Source of the DNA: a virus
Taxonomy: Duplodnaviria; Caudoviricetes
Length of the DNA: 64,000 bases
IMG/VR virus record: IMGVR_UViG_2854395284_000001
Coordinates: 27,345 to 91,344 of that record
Reading direction: 5' to 3' (one strand)
Both the position numbers and the translations under genes were made by a program. Of this stretch, positions 1 to 8,777 are shown piece after piece; within the stretch, counting starts at the first letter, position 1, and every line of letters begins with the position of its first letter. The notes below the pieces were generated by a model. It was not told where the DNA came from. It did not search any database and saw nothing but the letters and a program-made list of their open reading frames with translations.

Positions 1-1743
1 ATCTGTGTAATTCTTCAACTCTTTGAGCTTTGAAAGTACGGTATTATTTAACTTATCTGCACCTCTGCCGGACAGCCGTTCCTTGAACTCATAAGTCTTT
101 TCGGATGCTGTATCAATACCGTCTGCAATCTCATCGAACAACTCCTTGTATTTCTTACCGGAATCCGTACTGACAATATTATCCACGGAATCTTTTACGC
201 CATCTAATGCAGTTTTCGCTGATTCGACCTTAGATGTATCTCCACTTTGCAAAGCTTCGTTATATTTGTCCACTGCATCCGCATATTGCTGATATACAGT
301 TGCTGGTTTATTGTTACCGTAACCTTCTGCAAGCATGGAATTTTTCAGATACTCTTGATATACTTCTTGATGCTTATCCAAAATATCCTTATAAGAAGAT
401 TCTGCATCTTCCGCGGAACTGATGATATTATCAAAGTAATCAGTATTCTTACCCTCGTCCTCAAACTGCCGTTTCAGCTCTTTAACAGTAGCGAGGAAGG
501 AATTTAATTTTTCATCTGCTCCTGTAACTGTTTCATTTTCAAAACCGAGTTGGAACTGACCTGTGCTTGTACTTGTGTACTGTTTTAGTCCAGCTTTTTT
601 TGCCGCTTTCTGGATTTCTTCGATCTGAGTTTTGCTATTTTGGTAACGCTTCAGCGCATCTTTATATACGTCTGAATTTGTATATTCAGATTTCTGTGGT
701 TCCGAGCCGAGCATAGCTAAAGTAGGTGTATTACCAAAGAATGACTCATAATCATCTTTGGTCATTTTCTTTTTAGCTTTTTCGTAATTCTTCTCATTAT
801 CCGAATCATTCAGCCAACTTTTCGCATTTTCAACTTTGAGCTGCTGCATCTTCTCGATCTGCTCATCGAGTTTGCCATTTACAAGATCAATTCCATCCGC
901 CTGTTCTCCATAAGAGTCTGATAATTGACTTTGGATATCTAGCAATTGACTCTTCGTGTTGTATGCTTCTTGCTCCGTAAGAGTACCAGAATCAAGAGAA
1001 TCCCTTAGTTCCTGTGCTTTACTAATATTGTCATCAATAGACTTATTACGTTCCTCTATCTCTGCTATGGAGTCTTTCGTGTGCTGGATGGATTCCTGGA
1101 CAGATTGATTGTAGCCTTGCCATGCTGCAACGCCTACGGTAACTGCTGTGGTTAAAAGGAAAATCGGATTTGTAAATGTAGCAAGAAGACCTTTAAAATA
1201 GTTTGATAAACCAGAAAATGCGGATTTTGTGGTTTCTACTTTGGGTGCTAATTCAACAATTGAGTCACCTAAATCTTGATTATTATCAATGAGATCTTTA
1301 ACAAACTCATTATATGCCGCGCTGCCTTTTTCACCTGAATTAGCTATCATATCAGCAATATCGTTATCTTTATATTTTTTTAAGACTTCAGAATTACTAC
1401 TCATCAAGGCGTCAACTAAATCGCTTGCATTATTTATATTTAATTCTATAGCCTTACTAAATGTAAGATTACCTGCCGCAGCTTTTTGATATAAATCAGC
1501 GTCATTCGCAAGAGATAATGCTTGTTTTGTCAACGCATCGTTTAAGCCCATGACAGATGCTTTAGTTTTAATTTGCTCTGTGGAAAATTCACTAATTCCA
1601 TTTTTCCCAACTTTAAAAGACTCGTTAAAAGACTGTTGTAGTGTACTGCTTAATGTGTCAAATGTTGAGTTTTTTCCATATTTATTTCTCAGTAAGTTTA
1701 ATTCTCCAAAACTACCAAATAAATCACCTAAATTTTTTAACTG
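1..1743 (-). CDS. Tape measure protein, exon 4 (runs off the window)
   Basis: Minus frame open for 581 codons (QLKNLGDLFGSF...ATFTNPIFLLTTAVTVGVAAWQGY...); in-frame TAA 4 codons upstream and no RBS; helical TMP-like composition; absent from the ORF track. Confidence 0.85.
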
Positions 1744-1763
1744 CAAATAAAATTATTGTATAA

Positions 1764-1793
1764 TGTTGGATTTATATAATAATTATGATATAA
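1764..1793 (+). promoter_or_regulatory. Extended -10 promoter motif, repeated at 2617-2646
   Basis: tgttggatttatataaYaattRtgRtataat occurs upstream of both ORF 1830 and ORF 2677; contains TGnTATAAT. Confidence 0.6.
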
Positions 1794-1829
1794 TGTAATC
1801 AATTTGATATATAAGGAGGTATTATCTCT

Positions 1830-2393
1830 ATGGATTTTCAGAATTTAATAATTTGTCCAGATTGTAATGAGAATGTAAGTATCCACGCAGAAATATGTCC
1901 TCATTGTGGACGACCAATAAAAAAATATCTTGAAGAAAATAATATTAATGATTTTACTAAAGGTTTTATCTGTCCGAGATGTGGTGACAAAGAAGCTTTG
2001 TATTTTACTCCATACAGAAGAGTAAGTTGTGAATATTGTCATATCCCATTTATTCAAACAAAATATGAGATTGTTGATTTCTTTAATCACCATGGAGAAA
2101 GCAAAGAAGATATTCTTCACGATTTAAAAGAACTTGGAGTAGACGATCAATTTGATGAAAATGAATATAATAAACGATGTCTAAAAGAAGAAGAATACAG
2201 AAAAAATTTAAGGAAACAAGCAAGTCATGAACTTCAACAATCCACTAATCAACACCACTGTCCAGTATGCCAATCCACAAATATCGAGAAGATTGGCATG
2301 TTTAAGCGTATGCTTTCTACCAGCATGTTTGGAATTGCATCTGATAAAATTGGAAAACAGTTTACGTGTAAAAATTGCGGATATAAATTTTAG
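1830..2393 (+). CDS. Multi zinc-ribbon protein (intron cargo)
   Basis: Six CxxC pairs, C-terminal CPVCQS...CKNCGYKF; RBS AAGGAGG. Confidence 0.85.
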   Translation: MDFQNLIICPDCNENVSIHAEICPHCGRPIKKYLEENNINDFTKGFICPRCGDKEALYFTPYRRVSCEYCHIPFIQTKYEIVDFFNHHGESKEDILHDLKELGVDDQFDENEYNKRCLKEEEYRKNLRKQASHELQQSTNQHHCPVCQSTNIEKIGMFKRMLSTSMFGIASDKIGKQFTCKNCGYKF

Positions 2394-2395
2394 AA

Positions 2396-2635
2396 TCATT
2401 CCTCATTTACTTTTACCTGTTTCACAAGACATTTCATTTTCTCCTGTAACACACGCTGCTCTTCAGTAAGAGTAGATGGATCAGTATATATGGAAGGATA
2501 ATCAGTCTGCGGAAATGGATAATCTATGATTGAATTTGCCATAACATATTTGTGGAATTTTTCAAACCCATAATCAATTAAAATACTATCGTACATTTTA
2601 TATTCACCTCTAGAAATGTTGGATTTATATAACAA
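2396..2635 (-). CDS. Small hypothetical protein (likely starts at MYDSIL after GAGGTG)
   Basis: ORF track; RBS before the internal ATG. Confidence 0.45.
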   Translation of the reverse strand: MLYKSNISRGEYKMYDSILIDYGFEKFHKYVMANSIIDYPFPQTDYPSIYTDPSTLTEEQRVLQEKMKCLVKQVKVNEE

Positions 2636-2676
2636 TTGTGGTATAATTTAAAATTATCAAATATATAAATAAGCGG

Positions 2677-3777
2677 ATGGGAAAATACATGAAAAGAAAA
2701 CACACAATACGGATAACAGGTCTTTTATGCTTTTCTTTTTTTATTACAAGTTGTGGACAATCATCTGCAACATCAGCTTCTAGTGTAATCAAAGAGGCAG
2801 TTAATACTGATAGCATCGAACAGATTATTTCAGAAGATAATGAAACGACTGACACAGCTATAGACGTTTCAGATCAATCAAGCAATTTAACAACAGATAA
2901 AGTGTCAAATGTAACATGCTCATGGGAAGATAGTGAAGTACCAATAGAAGTTGGAAATGATAATTCAAAAGCACTAATTAAAGATACAAGAATTGTTAAT
3001 TCTTCATATGGCACATTACTGATTATGGATTTTACATATACCAACAATACTGCGCAAGCATCAGATTTTATTAATGATAGCAATTGTGATGTAAAACCAT
3101 ATCAAAATGGTATAGAATTAGATAGACCAGGGATAACATCCGAAGCGGGTATTTATGATTATAGTGATGCATTTACAAATGTAAAAGATGGAGGAATAAT
3201 AAATACGCAACTTGTATGGGTTCTTAAAGATACGATGAACCCAGTTGAAATTGATTTTGGAATAGATTCAAATTACGATCCTGCATATTCAAAGACATTA
3301 ACTTTAACTGGCGGCAAAGACATTGAAGATAAACAAGATAAATCGCAAGAAACAAAAGAATCCGATTATAATATATCGTGGCTGAATGACAATGTACCAG
3401 AAAAAATTGGAAATGATAATTCGTATGCAATATTAAAAAATACATCTGTTTTGAAATCCCCGTCATATGGAATCGTATTAGTAATGGATTTTGAATACAC
3501 AAATAATCTGGATAAAGCTAGAAATTTTATCAATAACACACCATGCCTTGTAAAGATTTATCAGAATGGTGTTGAATTAGATAGTCCTGGAAATACATCG
3601 GAACAAGGAATATTCGATTATTCTAATGCGTTTACTGGTGTAAAAAATGGTGGAACATTAAAAACACAGTTGGTTTGGGTTTTACCAGATGATAAAAGTC
3701 CCGTAGAAGTCGAATTTGGTTTGGATAATAATTATAAACCACAATATGATTGTACATTAAACATTTCTGAAAAATAA
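2677..3777 (+). CDS. Lipoprotein with tandem duplicated DUF5067-like domain (intron cargo)
   Basis: Signal peptide with lipobox-like ITSC, Ser/Thr linker, two copies of MDFxYTNN...YQNG(I/V)ELD...TQLVWVL. Confidence 0.8.
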   Translation: MGKYMKRKHTIRITGLLCFSFFITSCGQSSATSASSVIKEAVNTDSIEQIISEDNETTDTAIDVSDQSSNLTTDKVSNVTCSWEDSEVPIEVGNDNSKALIKDTRIVNSSYGTLLIMDFTYTNNTAQASDFINDSNCDVKPYQNGIELDRPGITSEAGIYDYSDAFTNVKDGGIINTQLVWVLKDTMNPVEIDFGIDSNYDPAYSKTLTLTGGKDIEDKQDKSQETKESDYNISWLNDNVPEKIGNDNSYAILKNTSVLKSPSYGIVLVMDFEYTNNLDKARNFINNTPCLVKIYQNGVELDSPGNTSEQGIFDYSNAFTGVKNGGTLKTQLVWVLPDDKSPVEVEFGLDNNYKPQYDCTLNISEK

Positions 3778-3802
3778 ATTGGTTCACAATATTTAGTATA
3801 AT

Positions 3803-4438
3803 GTGGGGAGGGAAAACTACATGGCATTAATCAAATGTCCAAAATGTGGTCGTGAAAATGTTTCTAATTCTGCTGAAAGGTGTCCGTCATGCGGATACAA
3901 TATTAAGGAATACTATGACAAGTCGCATGAAAAAGACAATGAAAATAAAAGAATTGTATTAGGTATAGGTATAGTAATATTAGTCTTTGCAGTCCTTTTC
4001 CTTAAGAAAGAATCGTTCACTACTCATGACGCTGATCCTTTTAAAAAATATTATTCGAACTTTGGAAAGGATATTTCGACTGTTAATAAATCTAAAAAAT
4101 ACATAATAAGTTCAACATCTGACCATAAAGGAATGTTGGTAAACAATTCTGTTAAAATATGGAATATAGATGGAAAGTTATTATTGATAGCTAACGACCA
4201 AGATGATGATGAACTAGGACTTTTAATATGGAGTGCGGAAAATGTTGAATTAGATAATACTCAATTAGATCATATAGTTGAAAAAATGGATAAATTATAT
4301 GGTAAAAACACTTATCATTACGATATTGAAAATGATTTAAAAGTATATGATTGGGATGAACTATCCAATATGAAAATTGAATTGTTTTATCGTCCCTGTA
4401 TTAAAACGATGATGATAAGTTTTTCAACAAATGAATGA
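3803..4438 (+). CDS. Zinc-ribbon membrane-anchored protein (intron cargo)
   Basis: MALIKCPKCG...CPSCG, one hydrophobic segment, then a soluble domain. Confidence 0.8.
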   Translation: MGRENYMALIKCPKCGRENVSNSAERCPSCGYNIKEYYDKSHEKDNENKRIVLGIGIVILVFAVLFLKKESFTTHDADPFKKYYSNFGKDISTVNKSKKYIISSTSDHKGMLVNNSVKIWNIDGKLLLIANDQDDDELGLLIWSAENVELDNTQLDHIVEKMDKLYGKNTYHYDIENDLKVYDWDELSNMKIELFYRPCIKTMMISFSTNE

Positions 4439-4791
4439 TAAGGAGATTTAACGTTATGAAATGTACAGAATGTGGCAAGGAATTAACAGCAGAAGAGCAG
4501 AGCCAAGGAACTTGTTCATCTTGCGGGAAAAAGATTGAAACTCCGGCAACATCCAATACATCGGAAGAAATTTATACAACGCTTGTTGGACAATCATTGA
4601 AGATTGTGGGAATAATTGTTCTAGTAGGTGGTTTTATTGGATCTTTCTTAATAGGAAAAGATGATTATGGTTATCTTTCTTATTCTAGCTTTTTCTTTTA
4701 TCTTTTTGTATCTGTTATCGGTGGTTTGCTGATTACAGGTATGGGCGAAATTGTTAATTTTCTATATACCATTTGCAAAAAGCTAAAGTGA
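4435..4791 (+). CDS. Zinc-ribbon protein with two TM helices (intron cargo)
   Basis: CTECG...CSSCG followed by two hydrophobic stretches. Confidence 0.8.
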   Translation: MIRRFNVMKCTECGKELTAEEQSQGTCSSCGKKIETPATSNTSEEIYTTLVGQSLKIVGIIVLVGGFIGSFLIGKDDYGYLSYSSFFFYLFVSVIGGLLITGMGEIVNFLYTICKKLK

Positions 4792-4843
4792 TGTCGTATA
4801 GACTTCAACTCAACTAGGAAATATTTACGGAGGTAATATCTAT

Positions 4844-5431
4844 ATGAGTAAAGTTTTTTGCCCTGAATGTGGAAAAATTTTAAGTCAATATGCAGAAACT
4901 TGTCCTGATTGTAGTTTCCCAATAGCCAAATACGTAAAAGACGCCAATCTTACAGACTTTTCAAAAACATTTGTATGCCCTAAATGCGGTTATTGGAGCG
5001 ACATGAATAGCATTGCTGGCGAAATTATGTGTGAATACTGCCATCTTCCTATGTTTCAAACAGATGAAGATGGAGATGTAACTCTAAAAGCAACGTTAAA
5101 TATGAAATCAAATGAAGAAAAAGATTCTTATATTTATTCTCTTTTAGAACGTTGCGGTAAAACAGATGAATATAGTGAAGAAGCTCATCAAAATTTCCGC
5201 CGCAAATTACACGAATGGGCAGAAGAGGAGCGTAAAAAACCGAGCCAACCAGTAGTTCAGCAGTCCACTACCACACCATCTGCCAACCAACCTCACTGTC
5301 CGACTTGCGGTTCTACCGACATCATCAAAATTTCAGCAGCTAAGAAAGCTGTAGGCGCTGGATTATTCGGATTATTCAGTAAAACCGCTAAGAGTCAGTT
5401 TGAATGTAAGAATTGTGGTTATAAGTGGTAA
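4844..5431 (+). CDS. Multi zinc-ribbon protein, paralog of 1830..2393 (intron cargo)
   Basis: Same CxxC layout, FxCPxCG, CEYCHxPxxQT, CKNCGYKW; RBS GGAGG. Confidence 0.85.
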   Translation: MSKVFCPECGKILSQYAETCPDCSFPIAKYVKDANLTDFSKTFVCPKCGYWSDMNSIAGEIMCEYCHLPMFQTDEDGDVTLKATLNMKSNEEKDSYIYSLLERCGKTDEYSEEAHQNFRRKLHEWAEEERKKPSQPVVQQSTTTPSANQPHCPTCGSTDIIKISAAKKAVGAGLFGLFSKTAKSQFECKNCGYKW

Positions 5432-5455
5432 ACTATTCTATGTGAGGTATAAAAC

Positions 5456-6208
5456 ATGAGTATATTTGAAAAAGACGATTCAATGAATCGATCCGTTAAT
5501 TTATGCCTAAGTATGTGTGAACAGCTATATAAAATAAAATCTCATAATTTAACCATTCTTTTTTCAGACGATATTATGCATGATCGTTTACAATATCAAA
5601 ATGAAAAAGTTGAATTATCCGAAGAACCAGAGGGATTATATGTTCCTGGCGAAAATGGTGCTATTTTTATAAACTATCCTAATTATATAAAAAATCCACC
5701 TGCAACGTTAATTACAATAGTGCATGAGCTTATCCATTATTTTGATTCAATGCTATTCGTAAATGACTTTTGCGATGGAAACTGGGATAATTTTGAAAAT
5801 CATGAAATATATAAAACATTCCGTTTGTGGAGTGAATTTCACGCAGTATACCGTTCTTTATTACTTGGAAGAGAGATATATGCTTATGCAATGCCAGAAT
5901 ATTACTCCAGAGAAGATATTATAGAAGAATTTCAGGACTTTACTAAAATTAATAATTATAAAAATTACATAGAATCATTTGACGTAGTTGATTATTATCA
6001 TATTTTTCGATATTGTGCGGAAGTTATGTTGTGTATAGGAATGAATAATCAAATCACATTAGATTATTGTATTACAAATAAATTAGTAAAGGATTTTCCC
6101 GCTTTTAAAGAATTATTTTATGATTTGTCAAAGATGACTACGTATGAAAAAGCCAAGGAACACTTAGACCTGATGCATTGGGAATTGTTCAAACATTTTG
6201 AATATTAA
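5456..6208 (+). CDS. HExxH zinc metallopeptidase-like protein (intron cargo)
   Basis: TIVHELIH motif with downstream SEFHA. Confidence 0.65.
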   Translation: MSIFEKDDSMNRSVNLCLSMCEQLYKIKSHNLTILFSDDIMHDRLQYQNEKVELSEEPEGLYVPGENGAIFINYPNYIKNPPATLITIVHELIHYFDSMLFVNDFCDGNWDNFENHEIYKTFRLWSEFHAVYRSLLLGREIYAYAMPEYYSREDIIEEFQDFTKINNYKNYIESFDVVDYYHIFRYCAEVMLCIGMNNQITLDYCITNKLVKDFPAFKELFYDLSKMTTYEKAKEHLDLMHWELFKHFEY

Positions 6209-6445
6209 TTCGATATTAACTTTATCTGATCCCGCAGAAAGTGGTGGTAATTGTTTGCCATCTTTATCAAGGATTACTTCATAATTCTTTTCGTAATCAA
6301 CATAAGTGATCGGAGTTGTATGCTTTGAAATTTCTCCGCTATCATATGGTTTACAATTTTTTCGATAATATTCCGATGGATCTGTAATTTTTATACTAAA
6401 GGAATCCGCTTCTTGTGTTATGTTTTTTATATTGATAATAATCAC
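6164..6445 (-). CDS. Small hypothetical protein
   Basis: ORF track; AGGTG RBS overlaps the listed GTG start. Confidence 0.4.
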   Translation of the reverse strand: MIIINIKNITQEADSFSIKITDPSEYYRKNCKPYDSGEISKHTTPITYVDYEKNYEVILDKDGKQLPPLSAGSDKVNIELIFKMFEQFPMHQV

Positions 6446-6486
6446 CTACTTTCATTTGAACTATTTAAAAAAAGAGGATAAAAGAT

Positions 6487-6585
6487 ATGTCATGGAAAAT
6501 TAGAGTCAGAAGAAGTATGCAGCCATGGCCCTGGTGGGCTATAGCGTTGTTATTCTTTGTGACATTTTTGTTGAAAATGTTATAG
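6487..6585 (+). CDS. 32-aa hydrophobic peptide
   Basis: MSWKIRVRRSMQPWPWWAIALLFFVTFLLKML after AAGAGG; followed by a hairpin at 6595-6632. Confidence 0.45.
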   Translation: MSWKIRVRRSMQPWPWWAIALLFFVTFLLKML

Positions 6586-7446
6586 AAGTGGAAGAGGAGA
6601 GTATTGGAAAGTTATATTTCCATACTCTCCTCAATTCAATGTTTACTGGCACATTTCAGCCCACGCACATCCTATAGATGTACTATATTTCGATATGGAT
6701 ATTTTGTATGACTTCCATTTGTCAATCATCTATTTTTACCGTTTTTAGTTTTTCTGTTCTCAAAACGATTAATAGCATCTATGCTAGATTTTACATTACG
6801 AGAGAAAAAATCATTTGCTTTTTAGGATCTAAGATAAATGCTTGATCAGAAGATTCATCTTTTACGTCTTTATTTCCAATTATAGTTACACTTGCATCAA
6901 TAATACCATCAGGATCAGATTTTAATGTTTTAAAAATTAATTCAGATTTAGATTCCAGGCTTTCACATCCTCCATTGATATTGTAATTTTACGATAAATA
7001 CCTATATAATTTTCCTATTATTTTCCAACAACGCCAGAAATAGGATAGAAGCTGGCGTGTGATGAGAAAGCATCACAACTTTCGCGTACCGTGGAACATG
7101 CATTCAACGCATATAAACTATGGCATTATATACGCTGGAGGAAGGGTGTTCTCTCTACTCCTCCTAACTTTCATATGCTTCGCTCGTCATTATGATATTA
7201 TCTTTAATTCCATAATTGCTGCTAACATTTCACATATTACTATACGTAGTCAGGTTGGCTCGTGCGTTCTCGCGGAATTTTCATCCATTTCACTGCATTA
7301 TTGCAGAATAGCGAATTCGACGAATTAATCCTCTATTTATTTTTTACAAGCACTAATCTCCCTACGTTGAAATATCATTCCATTGCTATGATATTCTCCG
7401 CATTGATAAGCCAGTTTACGATAAACTATAGCCAGGATTTTGGCTA

Positions 7447-7644
7447 ACCTATGCTTGATATAAATTTGAAACCACCAAGTGCTGTTAAAGCTGTGCCAAG
7501 TGGCCCAAGTGTTTCAGTAATTTTAGTAAGAATTTCTAAGAATTGTGTTCCGCTATCTATGACAGCCTTGAAAGTGTCTGATGATAGAACAGAAGTTGAA
7601 AATTCTTGGAATGTAGCCTTGAATTTTTCAAGACTGTAATCGAT
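7447..7644 (-). CDS. Tape measure protein, exon 3 (66 codons)
   Basis: IDYSLEKFKATFQEFS...LGPLGTALTALGGFKFISSIG; in frame with exons 2 and 4. Confidence 0.85.
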
Positions 7645-8187
7645 CGTTATATTAACAATAGTCGCTAATTATTGTTTTGTTGTATATTATATATAGAAAT
7701 AACATACAACAAACTCATACCTTCGCATGAGAGTAGACTATTTCTTAACCACACTCTAAATAGAAGAGCAGCAGTCACACCTTTTCGATTTAAAGGGATC
7801 TCACCTACGTTTATAGCGATTACGCCCTACGAGTATTGAATTAGATATTCGAGATTTCCACTCTTATTTTTAATATTCTCTACATAAATAAGAATATTTT
7901 CTAATTCCCGATATGGCTCTAGTCGTTGAAGATTTTCCCTCGACTTAACTAACATTTGATCAATGTATAACGTTAGGGAACTTTCCTGCATGAACAGCAA
8001 TTCCTGATTTATATAAAATCAGTAAACTCGATACTTAGGCTTTTGACCATATATCATCCTTACGTTGTTTCTACTTTCGTCCCATCATAATATGATTTCT
8101 CCATTATTGTGGTGTAAGGCTTTACGCGTTACCTGCAATTAAATGTGTTCTTTATGCACATTTCTGTACATACGGGTATACGAATTT
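7645..8187 (-). ncRNA. Group I intron 2 of tape measure gene (543 nt, ORF-less)
   Basis: R element UCUUCAACGACUA, S element AAGAAAUAGUCU, terminal G, guide UAUACCC pairs with GGGU|AU; removal restores QKG-IDY frame. Confidence 0.88.
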
Positions 8188-8338
8188 ACCCTTTTGGTAA
8201 TTAGTTAATTCCTTTTCGGCGGAATCTTCGGAATCGTTCATCGCAGTATTAAGCGCTTGACGAGCAATGTCAAACTGGGACATAAGTGCGCTCATTACCG
8301 CTCCTTGATTTTTTCCTGCGATCAACTCAGTTACACTT
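8188..8338 (-). CDS. Tape measure protein, exon 2 (151 nt)
   Basis: SVTELIAGKNQGAVMSALMSQFDIARQALNTAMNDSEDSAEKELTNYQKG, typical TMP core continuation. Confidence 0.88.
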
Positions 8339-8777
8339 CATATTTTTTTGTTAATATAGCCCTCGCTTGAGACTATACCAATTATTATTGAGTCAGATAA
8401 TAATTCTTATACTCGCATATAAGATCAGAGTACTTTTTAACCACATTATTCATCTTAAGAATAATAGCAGTCACACCATTTCAGACTTCATTTAGCGATT
8501 AAGCCCTACATTAAGGATTTCTCCCCCCTGACGTTGGGGTACTCGTTTGACACATCCCTATTCGGGACTTTGCGACCAAGCTACCATTTCTAATTTAAAA
8601 TAATTAGCAAAATTTCTACTTAGGCTTTTGACCATATAGAATCTCTATCGTTGTTTTACTTTCGTTACATTCATATCAGCATGTTTCATCCATATTGTAG
8701 TGATAGAGCATTAGGTTTTACTGGTTTTAGATGTGTTCTCTTATGCACATTTCTGTACATACAGGCAAGTGTAGTCT
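8339..8777 (-). ncRNA. Group I intron 1 of tape measure gene (439 nt, ORF-less)
   Basis: P7 A(C)GAGUA/UACUCU; IGS UACACUUGCCUG is the exact complement of ligated CAGGC|AAGUGUA; terminal G; shares blocks with intron 2 (tatgtacagaaatgtgcataaga, ggtcaaaagcctaagta, ggtgtgactgct). Confidence 0.88.

Larger units (their letters stand above)
1744..7446 (-). ncRNA. Group I intron 3 of tape measure gene, 5703 nt, carrying antisense cargo genes
   Basis: 5' exon ends in U (GGT|TAG); IGS AACUGGCUUAU (7416-7406) pairs with ligated AUAGGU|CAGUU; P3 AGGGAG/CUUCCU, P4 GCUUGU/ACGAGC, P7 G(A)GAACA/UGUUCC (7153-7147, 7098-7093); terminal G at 1744; joining is in frame. Confidence 0.75.

Noticed and set aside
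1741-1741. Alternative 3' splice site at G1741
   Set aside because: Also in frame, but P10 pairing (AACUG/CAGUU) favours G1744
234-1750. Plus-strand ORFs 234, 247, 1289, 1550 and similar short antisense ORFs throughout
   Set aside because: Shadows of real genes on the opposite strand; no RBS or protein-like motifs
1726-7451. T4 gene 60-like ribosomal bypass (GGT-TAG plus hairpin; matching TAGGT at 1730-1726)
   Set aside because: The gap is 5.7 kb and a complete group I core with an 11-bp IGS match explains the junction better
7059-7639. ORFs 7059, 7262, 7451
   Set aside because: Antisense to the intron 3 core and exon 3
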